Below are positions 37,240-57,617 of a stretch of 64,000 nucleotides of DNA, in pieces. The position numbers were made by a program, and so were the translations under genes. Within the stretch, counting starts at the first letter, position 1. The number at the start of each line of letters is the position of its first letter. This stretch comes from the human T2T-CHM13v2.0 reference genome, Homo sapiens, in the NCBI RefSeq assembly GCF_009914755.1, contig NC_060943.1; one strand, given 5' to 3'. The notes beneath the pieces were generated by a model. The model was given only the letters and a program-made list of their open reading frames with translations. It searched no databases and was not told the DNA's origin.

Positions 37240-38230
37240 CCAAGGTCGCGGGACTAGAAGGTGGCGGGGCCAGGATTCGAACCATCGAGCTGAGCCGACG
37301 TACTGGCGAGGATCCCCCAGGGGCATAGAGAGGAGACGGAGCCGGTTAGAAGGGGCGCGCTCGGAGCTCGGCTGGCCTCGCCTGGAGGGCGGGGCCCGAG
37401 GGCGGTGCGCGGGCGGGGCCGGGGCCGCTCCTCCCTGGCCTGGCTGCGGCGGCAGCGCGGCTTGCGCTCGCTCGGCGCTCGGCTGGGGCGGCCTGGCCCA
37501 CAATGAATGGCCGCCGCGGCTGCCGCTGCTGCTGAGGCGGAGGCCGCGGAGGCCGCGGAGGCGGAGGCCGAGGCCCCGGCGCAGCGGGGCGCGCCCCGGG
37601 CCCAGGCCCGGCCCCAGCCGCCGCTGCGGAGCCCGCCGGGACCCCCCGGAGCGCGGCCACGGCGCAGGTGAGGCGGCCCGCCTCAGGCCCGGTTCCGGCC
37701 TCCTCCAGCCGGGGCGGCCCGAGGGCTGAGTGGGGAGGGCCTGGGTGCTTTCTCGGACCGAGGAGGAGCCGGGCCCGCAGCCTGCACTGTGCCCGGGCAG
37801 GCGAGTGTGTGGAGGCCCAGCTACCGCGGGCGGCCTTGAGCGTCCAGCCCGAGCTTCAGGGCTTGGGGGCGGCAGGATCGTACCTGGACCGCTCCCCCGT
37901 CTCCCAGCGAGGGAGGGGGCCAGGTCGGGCCGGGGCAGGTACCGGGGATCCGGGGAAGTTGGAGGGTCCGAGGCGGAAAAGTGAGGAGGTTCTCGTGGAT
38001 GCCGGAGGGGGAGGGGGAGGGGGAGGAGGAGTCGGGCTCCGGCCAGGCCGAGTGGGGGAGGAGAGGAGAGCGGCGCGGCCGGAGGGGGGCGGGGAGGGGC
38101 CGGGCCTGCAGGTACCGCCTGGGCGCTGGAGGAGGTGGGTGGGTCAAGTTACAGGCCTGGGGGCGGCTGAGGAGAAGCCCAGGAAGTGGGGCACGGCGGG
38201 TGTGGGCGGAGTTACTTCGTGTGGGGGCGG
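37240..38230 (+). promoter_or_regulatory. NACC1 CpG-island promoter
   Basis: Very high GC/CpG content, GGGCGG boxes, G-run clusters after the first donor. Confidence 0.8.
37480..37667 (+). other. NACC1: NACC1 first (5'UTR) exon, start approximate
   Basis: Donor CAG|GTGAGG at 37667/37668 within the CpG island; exon 2 acceptor at 54410/54411 lies 8 nt before the main ATG. Confidence 0.75.
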
Positions 38231-41200
38231 ATAGGAGATCCCAGAGATGTTTTCCGGGGGTCACATGAGGTCAGGACTCAGATGTGGGGAGGGGGAGGCT
38301 AGATGTGGGGGCGATCAGGTAAGGTGAGGGACTGCTGTAGGAGTTTTGGGAGTCGAGAGAGCAGAGCCTTTTGGGCTAGGCTAGGGGGGATGTGGGGGCA
38401 GGTCAGGAAAAGCTGGTGTGACCAGAAGGTATATACTAAGATGCGCCCCCCACCGCCCCCAACTCAAGTGTTAAGGGGTTCCGTCTTTCTCACACCTCAT
38501 CCCTGAAGCCTCTAGAGTCCTGACCCTACCCCTTGGGCAAGCCTCTGCCAACTGTTCAAAGGCACTGGCCAGTGGGTGTTTGTGTGGGCAGCTGGAGACA
38601 GTCTGGAACACCTAGCTTAGGCATCTTGTTTATCACAAGGTGGCCCTTGCCCACCCCCACCTTATATATCTACAGGGAGGCAGCCCAGCAGACGTTACCT
38701 GGGTATTTTAGGATCCTGCATTCTTTCTCTACCTTTTGTGGCCAGAAGCTGGTGGTTCAAGCCTAGTGGATGGGACCTCACAGCAACCATCGTATATATT
38801 AGTACCATGGCCTCCCAGGCACCAACTCCTTGAGCCTGAGTTCTGTGTGCCATCTCCCTGGGGGTGAAGAATTAGAGGGAATGAGCATGTAAAACTCTGT
38901 TGATGGTGGTTTGGAGGCTCCCGACGGGGTGAAGGCAGGGCACAGAGAAGAGTTAAGGGGATCAAATCAGGCACTCACACCCTGGCCCAGGGATCTACCT
39001 CTGGGACACTCGTCCTGGGCCAGGCCCTGTGCCGAGCTCGCTGGTCGGATGAGCTCATTGATGGCTCACCACCACCAGTTCAACTTAGGCCTTCTCTGGG
39101 GTCCAGACGAGGAAGCTGAGGCTCGGGGTGGTGTGGCTTGTCTCAGATCACATGAGCAGACAGTGGCTGAACTGGGATTGTCTGACCCTCAGCCCAAACC
39201 CATAGTCACTCAAGTGGCCTTCCAGGAGGGTGACTGAAGGAGCTCCTCGTTCTGGATTCCCTGGCGGGCGTTCTCCTCCGTCCAGGCCTTCCCTTCTGCT
39301 CACCCCGGGGGATGGGTCAATCCCCTTTGGGACAGACTGAGTTTCCATGGTGTCCCCGGGGAATGGAACAGTGGAGGTATCTTTCTCGGAGGCCTGGTCA
39401 CCCCTTCTTCCCCATTTCCCTCCTGGGAGCCAAGAGGTCAGGAGTCATGGAACTGTGGGCTGACCGTGGGAAGCTGAGGAGGCCTGGCACCACCAGGGCT
39501 GGACTTGACTTTGCTTGCCTAGACTGTTTTTGCCCCACTTTGGCCCCCAGTCGGATGGCAGCAGCTTTTGTTCCTTTCTGGGCTAATTGCAAGGCTGTTA
39601 CCAGGGTGTCCTTGGGACTTTGATTTGGGATCTTCAGCACCTGAGGCAGGAGCCACAAACTGCTGGGTCAAGTGGTGTCAGCCAGTTCTGGGTTTAATGA
39701 TGGGTTGTCACCCTAATTCTCCCCAGTCTCCCTATAGTTCCCAGGACACCCTCCAACCTGGGCCCTGCCCTTCTTGCCTGTCTGGCTAGCCACTTGGTTC
39801 TAGGAGGAGTAGGAACTGGGCCAGCAGTCCCGCAAAGAGACTGAACCATCCTTCCTGGCTGGTTGGGCCAGGATTGCTGCAGGTCTGCTTCAGCACAGAC
39901 TGGGTCCTCCTGGACCTAAGCTGGGTTGGATACCAGGGATAGGGGATTGGTGGTACCATCCAGTCACTTAGCTGAGACTGTTGGGAGTTGGCCCTGGTGA
40001 GTGGGGGACAGGCAGTGCCTCAGGCAGCTCCGGTTTGTGCCTAGAGGTAGAGGAGAAGGCACCAGTAATAACTGCTTTTCGGTGAGAACTTAGCATGCAC
40101 AGACTCTGTGGGGGCAAGTGCAACAAGTAGGCAGCCCGTTGAGACAGTTTTATTTCACTGCTGGGTGCTGACTCCCCGCTGGGGGCTGGGGAAGCATCCC
40201 GGAGTAACAGATCCAGAGCAGCTAGCTCTCAAGCGACCAAACTTTCACAAGCAAAGGATCAAGATAATTTCACATACTTCTGTGTTTACAAAGATGGTGT
40301 AGCAAAGTGAAGTCATTATGAGCCATGAGGGGATGGGGAGGTTTCGATGGGTGGCCGGAAGTGTTCCCGGAGAGCTAAGATCTGAATAATAATATTAGCT
40401 AAGGGGTGGGTGGTGCTGGGGCGCAGGGAGGGGTCAGTGTTCTAGGCTCAGGGGACAGCACATTCACAGCTTTTCTTGAGTATGTACCAGTCTTCTTCTG
40501 AGTGCTCTAAACATTTTGTCTTCATGAGGGAAGGAGTGGGGGGATGACCCTACTGTGGAGACAGAGACTCTAGTACCATTCACAAGAGAGTGAAGCCCTG
40601 TCTCTGGGTCTCCTGGATCTGCCCATCACCCCCAGATGGAAGTTCAGAACCCCTTGGCCTGCATCTAGGGTATTTAAAAAATCTGGCCTCCTGGCCGGGC
40701 AGCAGGGAGCCCCAGCAGGTTCTTGAGCTGGGCTTTGAGGAGATGTGAGTTTTGGTCAGCCTTACAGGGTCTATTGAAGGAGTCTGCCTGGAGGCCCGGG
40801 GGTTTGGAGAGAGTTTGGGGTTGGCCCAACATTGTCTGACCCTAGATTTCATCAGTGTCATTGCCAGAGCCTGTGTGGAGAGAGGGATCCCATCAGGCTT
40901 GGTGGGGCATATTGCTTTTGGGATGGTGGTGAGCCACCGGGGCTGGAAAACATGAGTCAGTGTTCATGCCACTCTGCGTCCTCAGATCCTCCGTGCCCCT
41001 CGTTTCTCCTCCTAGGTTGCTCTCAGCACTTGTACACACTCGAACTCATTTAAGCCCGTGGCTAGCAGGTCCTGCCTGTTATCATCATTTGACACACAAG
41101 GCAACTGAGGCACCCTAGTCCTTCCTTCACACAAGCTGCAAAGTGGTCTGGCTACCACCCCTGTGCCGCCTTCCAGCCACTTTCATGTTCCTCGTGTCTG

Positions 41201-43328
41201 CATTTGCTCCTCAGTCCTCTCAGCCGCTACTGCCTTCCCCTAGAGAACCCTCTGGGCCGCATGAGGTGGGGCCGGGAGGTGGGACTGGGCCTGCTTGCAC
41301 ATTAGGTGGGGTGAGGACCAGCCGAGCCGGCAGAGGTGACGTGTCTTAGGTTGTGATCTGTGTGTGGTTGTGGTCATGTCCCTCCAGCCTTCTCATGTGC
41401 TGCCTCCTTGGCGAAGGTCTCAGTTCTTAGAGACCTGTGCGTCTTCTCTGAGGGCTTTGACTGTGTCCAGTTCGTGGTTTCTAAATCGAGCAAAGGGAGA
41501 GGGTAGGTAAGGGTGAGCAGACACGGTCTAGTAGAGAGTGAAATTTCACACTTAGCACCACCCCTGTCTCAGCCATGAGACTCTGGGCAAAGGTCTTTAC
41601 CTCTGAGCCTCAGTGTCCTCCTCTGATAAGGAGTGACAAGTGGGCACAACTATACTGCTGTGATTCGCAACTGGGTACAGTCCTACCTCCGGGGACACTT
41701 GGGGAATGTCTGGGGACATTTTTGGTTGCCCCTGCCGGGGGGGGGGGGTGTGCTGCTGGCATCTAGTGGGTTTATAGGCCAGGGATGCGGTTCAACATCA
41801 GACAGTGTGTAGGGCAGCCCCCACCACAAAGAATGATTGACGCAAATGCAGTGGCTGGGTGGGGAATCTCCACTGTCTGGTTATCATGAGGTTTGCGGGA
41901 GAGGTTGGCGTCTGGGGTGTGAGTGGACAGTGCTGTGAAGGCTCTGGGGAAAACCCCAGCGATCACTGCCTGTTAATCCCATGAAATGTGCGAGGTCTGG
42001 GAGATGGTGAGAGGCATAAGATGTCTTCTACTCCCAGGGAGTTTGCGGCCCAGCACGGGGCCAGGGGATACGACTAACAGCAGCTGGCATTCATGAGCAC
42101 CGACTACGGGGCGAGCGCCGATCGGCCTGTGTTCTTTGGTTGTTTAATCCTTGAAATAGCCTTGTGAGGTGGCTGCTGCTGTCAGCCCATTTTCTAGATG
42201 GGAGACTGATATGGGGGGTGAGCAGTATTGAGGGTAATTCTGAGTGACAAGCTCTATAAGGGATTTGAGCCTAGTACAATAGTAGGATTCAAAATCTTAG
42301 GTCCTGCGTGGTTCCCTAGCACAGCCCAGCAGGCCCCTCTCCCAGGATGATCCCCATCCCTCCACCCTCCTTTGTGTTAGCGGCACCAGGGTCACCTCAG
42401 GGCCTTTGCACTTACTGTTGTTCCCTCCACCCTTGGTTGCCGCCACTGCTGCCCTGTCTTTTGGGTATGATCTGATTACACGCAGGGAGTGGGATGTAAC
42501 TCCGAAGGGTGGGCTTATGGTTGGAGTTGGTGGGGAGGGAGCAGGCAGGCTGCGAGCTCCATGAGGACGGAGGCAGAGCTTCTGCCAGGCTCTCCAAGGA
42601 GCTGGAGCTGCTGCCTGCAAAGGGAGGCCAGATTGCCGAGGGCTGCGAGGAGGAGCGAGTGGGAGGAGGGAGAGGCAGCACGCGGAGACTGCTCATTCCC
42701 GGAGATGGTGGTTGCAGGGAGAAGGGGCTAGAGAATAGCTGCAGTTGGGAGGATTGGGAAAGGAAGAATGAAAAGAATGAAGAAGGCCTTCCTTGGGGAT
42801 TAGAGAGAGGGCACCCCAGACCCTGAGGTGGAGGTCCTCAGACAGGCAGAAGACCCTGTTTCTGGAGAGGACACATCCAGTAGCTCAGGTAAAGAGCCCC
42901 AGCTCTGGGCTCGGCCGGTCCGGGGTTCCCGTCTGGTCTCTGCCTTGCTTCTCTGAACACCAGTTTTCCCACCTGTGAAATGGGTCTAGTCACAGCTGCC
43001 TCACATTTTTGCCTGATTCGGGAGCCAGACGGCCTGGGTATAAACCTGTGCCTGCCATTCACCAGCTACATGTTCCCCACCTCTGGCTTCACCTCTCTGG
43101 GCCTCATTCCCATCCATGAAATGGCAGGCAGGCTCATTTCTTCCTCAGAAACTGTAAAGAAGAGTAAGTTAAATGAGCCTGTCTGAGCCCTGGCCAGGTA
43201 TGGGCCCAGTCAGTGAGGCTTGAGTAGGGGACACTGTTACTAATCCTATTCCACCATGGATTTAACAATAGTCATTCAGGGAAAAAGATAACGAATTAAA
43301 TCTGTGGGTGTATAAGAAAAAAAATACA

Positions 43329-43750
43329 GGCCAGGTGCAGTGGCTCACGCCTGTAATCCCAGCTCTTTGGGAGGCTGAGGTGGGCGGATCACTTGAGGCC
43401 AGGAGTTTTGAGACCAGCCTGGCCAACATGGAGAAACCCAGTCTCTACTAAAAATACAAAAATTAGCCAGGCATGGTGGTGTGTGCCTGTAATCCTAGCT
43501 ACTCAGGAGGCGGAGGCACGAGAATTGCTTGAACCCAGGAGGCGGAGGTTGCAGTTAGCCGAAATCACGCCACTGTACTCCAGCCTGGGCGACAGAGGAA
43601 GACTGTCTCAACAAAAAAGAAAAAAAAATACTGATGCAAGATGAGGTCTTGCTGTATTGCCCAGGCTGGTCTCAAACTCCTGGCTTCAAGCGTCTTCCTG
43701 CCTCAGCCTCCCGAAGTTCTGGGATTACAGGTAGGAGTCACCGCCCCCCA
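43329..43750. mobile_element. Alu (+) followed by an inverted Alu monomer
   Basis: Alu consensus blocks in both orientations. Confidence 0.9.
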
Positions 43751-43964
43751 CTGAACAGTTTGTTCTTCACTAACTGTTTTCCTGGACTGCCTTCACATTC
43801 AGCCCCTACAGAGGGGTCTTTCTGGTTCTGGGTCAGGCAGGCAACCTGAGTAGCTGCCAGGATCCAGCCACATCCTGCTGAGCTGCATGAAGGACTGTGG
43901 GGCTCTCTGGGGCCTTTGTTCCTTGTTACACTTGGAGTTGCTGGTCTCCCTTAACTGGCTTGTA

Positions 43965-45646
<1,682 letters not shown>

Positions 45647-46164
45647 TGTCGACGGCCATGTCACAGCTTCCCTGGAAAGACATCAGGAAAGGACTGTGCC
45701 TTTGACAGTCTCTCACAGGCCCATGCTGGCTGGGGAATTCCTCAGCTCTCTTCCCTAAGAGCTGACAGTTACTACTCCCAGGAATCATCCTGCCAGCCCC
45801 CTTCCTGCAGATGGCAGGATCCACCGGCAGTGTGAGCAATTCGTCAGGTAACACTGCGGTCTCAATAGGCCCCTGACTGCTGGCTACCCACCTTGGCAGC
45901 TGTCAAAGGAGGTCGTCTGTCTGCCCAGCCACAGATAATGCTTCTGAGCCCTATTCCTGTTTGAGCCACGTTAATGTGGAACAAAACAGGGAGTTAGGTT
46001 AGGAGGAATGGAAGTAATTCTTTGTTCATTTTTTCCACGAAGGACTGTGAGCACCCACTGTGTACCTGGCCAGGTCCTAGGGGTAGAGGACACAACAGGG
46101 ATCTACACAGGCAAACTCCCTGCCCCAGGGAAACTGACATGAAGCCCCAAAAAATGCCCAGTTT

Positions 46165-47082
<918 letters not shown>

Positions 47083-47448
47083 TTATGTGACCAGGGAGAG
47101 TATGAAGAGCTATGGCTGTCCCATTCCCATTCTAGTAGGTCCGAGAGCAAGCAGGGCCAGACTGCCAGGGGCCCCAATAAAGCATTGTAGGGGCCCAGGC
47201 AGTGTCACTTGGGGCCAAGGTAGTACAAAGTGGTTTTGAAGGAGTTGAAGATGAATCCAAGGATCTGAATGAGGAGGGCCAGAGCTGGTGAAGCTACGGC
47301 ATTCACAGGTTTTGGGAAGGACTGGAGCCAGGTCCTGAAATTGTTGAGTGGAGGTGTCTGGGGTGTGTGCGAGTCTGGCATTCACAGGGAAGTCCGGGCC
47401 AAAGACTCCAGTGGGGGAGGCATCAGTGAATAGATGGTGCTTCAGGCC

Positions 47449-47742
47449 TGTCTTAGTCAGCTCAAGCTGCCACACAACAAAATATCACAGACTGGGTGGC
47501 TTAAACAACAGACATTTATATTTCAGAGTGCTGGGGGCTGGCAGTCTAGATGAGAGTGCCAGCGTGGTCAGGTTCTGGTGAGGGCTCTCTTCATGGCTTG
47601 CAGACAGCTGCCTTCTTAATACCACCGTTATGACCTCAATTAACCTTAATTAGCTCCCAAAGGTTTTATCTCCAGATACAGGCACATTGGGGCTCAGAGT
47701 TTCAATCTGTGAATTTGGAGGGACATACTTTGTCCATAGCAG
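47449..47742. mobile_element. MaLR (MLT1/MST-like) solo LTR
   Basis: TGTCTTAGTCAGCTC...CACAGACTGGGTGGCTTAAACAACAGACATTTAT...GGTGAGGGCTCTCTT..GGCTTGCAGACAGCTGCCTTCT...TCCATAGCA. Confidence 0.8.
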
Positions 47743-49279
47743 AGCCCTGAGACTGAGCCCAGTCCCCTGGAGGTGAAAACCCTTTCTGGAAGGGCCACAC
47801 TCCCCATCCACTACTGCCCTTCCTAGATCTCAGCTCCAGTGTCACCCCTTCTGGGCAAGGTCAGGCACCCCAGTGTGTAGCACATTGATCTGTGTGACCA
47901 AGGATGAATGGCCCTGTCTCCTGCTGGACTGTGAGCTCCAGAGGCAGGGCTACTTTGTCACCATTGTGGCCTGCCCAGGCAGGGACCTGGCAAATATTTA
48001 TTGAGTAGTTGTTGGGAAGTCATGGAAACCGTGTGCTGTGCCCTTGGGTCTCACCAGAAGATCTGCTCAGGCCCAGGGCCAGGACTAGGCACTGTCCTGG
48101 CCAGGAAGGTCCCAGCTGCCCTGTGGCCTCCTGCCCTTGTCCCCCACACCCTCAGGGGTGCTGATATGCTGAATTTTAAGGAGAGATGATTCTCATATGG
48201 TTTTCTGCCCTTGGGGAGTTTATAGTCAAGTGGGACTTAGTTTCCTCAGAGGTAAGCTTAAGGGCACTGTGGCCGGGGTGGGGCAGGAGAGGGACATCTT
48301 CTCTAGCCTGGAGAAGTGAGTAGCTGAGGGTGGAGGAAGAGGGTATTCCAGGCAGGGTGCACAGCTTGGGCAAAGGCCTCGCTGCAGTAGAGGAGGACCA
48401 GGCAGTGTGTTTGAGCCTGACTTAGGTGGGGATTTGGTGGGGACTAGAACCATTAGGTGGTTTAGAGACCTCAATCCTCGACTCCATCCCACCCCTGCTT
48501 CAGCCAGCAGGTGACCCTGCTAGGGACCTGCCAGCGAGAGACCCGTTTCCTCTGAGTCCAGTCATGCTAGCTCCCTTCCTGGGGCTAGCGTGGGTGAGGG
48601 CTTCTTGCAGGGGCCCACATAGTTTTTCTCCTGAGTCCATTGGGCAGGATTGGGCCGGATTGGGCCAATCACAGAGGGATGGAGGGGTTCCCAGAGATGG
48701 GTCTGCTCTGGCCCACACTGCAGCTCACCCCTGTCCACTCTGTGCGGGGGCCACTGGGGAACTAGACGAACAGCATTCAGGTCACTGTGGCTCACAGACC
48801 CGTCGCCCCACTCCGCTCGTCCCCAGCAGCATGGAGGGAGGGAGAGCTCCCGTGCGCTAATTGGCTGAGCTATTTGGACCAATTGCTAATCAAAGGCTCC
48901 AAAGCCCTGGGTGCTGTGGTGCTGGGCTCTGAAGCTGAGGTTCACAAGGTATGGGGGACCTCAGTCTGAGCATCAGGTTGGCTCTCATTCTCAGGAGGGG
49001 ACCTGGGCCACCTTCCCAACCCCCACATCTCTGTTGCCTCCTATTATCCCCGTAACCTTTCAGTCTCCATTGCCAAATGGGGGGGTTCAAGACCAGCCTG
49101 GACAACATAGTGAGACCCTGTCTTTAAAAAAAAAAAAATTACCTGTGGCCGGTGCTGGGTGCTTGGTAAGGTCACCTTGAAGCAGTCCTGTGCCCGTTCT
49201 GCACTGTTTTGTTTGTTTGTTTGGTTGGCTGGTTGGTTGGTTGGTTTTGGTGGGGTAGTGGGGTCGGGGGATGTGGTTT

Positions 49280-50045
<766 letters not shown>

Positions 50046-51059
50046 GTACATATAACTCTTAAAATGCTGCCCTGACCCTGGGGCTCACTTTCAAAGATGT
50101 CCACACTCTGTAGGCCAGGACCCCACCTGTCCCATACCCTTCCTGGCAGCCCTGTCCCTGCTACATCGCCCTTCAGCTACACCAGCTTTCTTTGGGTCCC
50201 TGGACCACACCTGATACCTTCCCGCCCAGAAGTGTTATCTCTGTCCTGGCAGTTGCTCAACCTTTTATGGTCCCTACCACCAAGGCCATCTGCTTGGTTG
50301 ACATACCCACCCCAACTGTAATTAAATCATCCCCGGTGTCTCCTCACTAGACAGCTCCACATAAGCACAGCTGGTCCTTTTAGGGCTGTGTCCCCAGCAC
50401 CTCCCACAAAGGAGGATGCGGTTCATCAGGATGGGTTGGATGAACAGCCCATTTTACAGATGAATAAACTGAGGCACAGGCAGGTGCAGGATTTTGGCAG
50501 CACTGCACACCTGTCCTGGCTTTGTCCTCCTCCCTGGGGAATGAGCTTGGAGCACCCCTCTAGGAACTGGGATGCCAGCCTCTTCCCTTGACCATCTTGG
50601 TCCTTGTCATGTGGGCCCCAGTACCAGGGGTGGCTTTAATTTGGCTGCCCAGGGAGGTGGTTCAGGGCTGCCAGGACCCCTGAAGTAGGCTCTCTGGGCT
50701 CTGTCCTTTGCCCCCCAACATGGTGCCTGTTTCTCCTGCCTCTTCATGCAGAGTGGCCAGCTCCTGGCCCATTCAGCTCTGAGTTTGAGCTCCTGGGCGG
50801 AGATTTTTGTTGCCTTGTAACTGGGATTCCTAGATCCAGCCTCCACCCTCTGATTGCCCTAAGGAGGTTTTGGGGTTTTGTTTTGTTTTGTTTGTGTTTT
50901 CGTAGGATGGTGGCAGTGATTTTGAGGAGGGGAAGAGGAAGGAAGATACAAGCAAGGGAAGTCACAGGCTGTGGTGCCTAGGCAGACCCTGGTTTGAATC
51001 TTGGCCTTACCACTTTTTGCATGTAAGTGGTAGGGGCAGCAGATAGCTCAGGACATATC

Positions 51060-51675
<616 letters not shown>

Positions 51676-52599
51676 TCAGGACATATCTTTTGAATTTTGA
51701 ACCTGGTGAATGAATTTTTAGATGACCTCAGGACAGTCCTCAATTTCCACATGACCTCAGTTTTTCCAGCTTTGCAAGGGGAGTATGAAACCAGCCCTGA
51801 AGTCTTGCTAAGAGGATTCGGGGAGCTCATAGAAGTTGTGAGTTGGTTCCTCCATTCGCCTGGGTGTTGTAAGGGGCAGGGCCTGTGTCTTGCTTGTGGC
51901 CTGCCAGGGTAGCAGCTCAGTAAGTGAGATGGTATCTCACTGTGGTTAGGATTCACATTTCCCTGATGACTAGTAATGTTTCCGTGTAATTTCTTGAATG
52001 ATCATTCAGTAACAATAAGTGTAGGTTGAGTTTGTAGAATCAGGTTGACCTCCTCAGCCTCGATTTCCAAATGGAGAAAGCAGAGATTTGGAGCTCCTGG
52101 TCAGAGGAGCAGGTCGGTGCTGGAGCCAGGACTCAACCTTAGGTTGTACCTCTGAGCCTTTGAACACTTGCCGTTTCTATTCCTCACAGCAGCCCTTTCA
52201 GACGGAACGGGTGTTACCAGATTAGGAGGAGAGTGGCCACTGTATTCTCAGTGCCCAGCCCAGGGAGGCAGATCTGAGTGGAGTTGCTAATGAAACATGG
52301 AAGGTGCTTGAGAGCTAACTGGAAGGGAGGGAAGGTGTGCATTCCTGCACCAGGGCCTTTGCATGTACTTGTTACTTTCTCCTGCTGGCCAGCTGGAGTG
52401 TCTGGAAAGATCTGCCTTACTCAGGGAAGCCTTCTCACTCGCACTCTGCCCAGTTAGGACCACTGCCCTCTAGAGACCCTATAGAATTACAGAGGAGGCC
52501 GGGCGTGATAGCTCACACCTGGAATCCCAGCACTCCAGCCTGGGCGACAGAGTGAGACTCCATCTCAAAAAAAAAAAAGAAAAAAGAATAAACCCCACA

Positions 52600-53260
52600 C
52601 ACCTTTGCCTTCCCTTTGCTTTCCCTCACCACACCCCCATTCTCCCCGCCTCCCAGCCCCTGGCAACCACTAATCTGCCTCCTGTCTGCGTGGATTTGCC
52701 TGTCCTGGACATTTCCTATAAATGGATCATACAATCTGTGGTCCTTTTGTTTGGCCTCTTTCTGTTGGAATAATCTTTTCCAGGGACATCCATGTTGTAG
52801 CATGTGTCAGAATTTCCTTTCTTTTTATAGCTGAATAATATCCCATTGTATGGACTGACCATGTTTAGTTGGCCCATCCATCCGCAGATGGACGTTTGGA
52901 TTGTTTCCACCTTTGGGCTATTGTGAATAATGCTGCTGTGAACGTTTGTTTACAGGTTTTCAATGCAGGCAAATGTTTTCGTTTTTCCTGGGCATAAATT
53001 CCAGGAGTGGAATCGCTGGGTCATATGGTAACTCTCTTTAACCGTTTGAGGAACCGTCAGACTGTTCTCCATGGTGGCTGTGCCATTTGACATTCCCACA
53101 AGCAGTGGAAATGGGTTCTGGATTTCTCATCCTCACCAACTTTTTTGATTCCAGCCATCCTAGTGGGTGTGAGATGGTGTCTCATTGTGGTTAGGATTTG
53201 CATTTCCCTGATGATGTTTTCTTCTAATTTCCCTGATGACTAGAGATGTTTTCATGTAAG
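52600..53260 (-). mobile_element. Old L1 (L1M) 3' fragment
   Basis: CCCCTGGCAACCACTAATCTG...TTTTTATAGCTGAATAATAT.CCATTGTATGGA...GGAATCGCTGGGTCATATGGTA...TTGCATTTCCCTGATGA are typical antisense L1 3'-end blocks. Confidence 0.85.
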
Positions 53261-53261
53261 T

Positions 53262-53880
<619 letters not shown>

Positions 53881-54361
53881 CATGTAATTTCTTGAGTGGT
53901 CATTTAGTCATTATACAAACAGTGATTGAAGGGCATGTGCCCAGCACTGCAGACTCTGCTGCACAGTCAGATGACCCTGCCTTTCTGGCATTTCCATGCC
54001 AGTACCCTGAAGAGATACCATATATGTACCTGGTGCTTGCAATAGCTGGCACTCAGAGGTAGCACACTGTGTCCTAGCCACTCTTCCGAGCACTTAAGCA
54101 TATTCAGTTACTCTTCAAGTACATATGAATAAGTATGCCTTTGCCCCCTCCTCTTTGCAAGGGATAGCGTGTGGCCACCCTGGTCTGCAGCTAGCTTAGC
54201 AGATTTGACCACATATTGTAAAAGTGAGTCTGTACCAGGACAGATAGGGTAGAGGGCTCTGTGTGGTTTAGCACCATGGTAGATTCCATCGTGCGGATGT
54301 CCCTCCAGCAGGGGAGGTCTTTGGGGCCAGGGCTAGGCCAGCACCCACATTTGCCGCCTGA

Positions 54362-57617
<3,256 letters not shown>

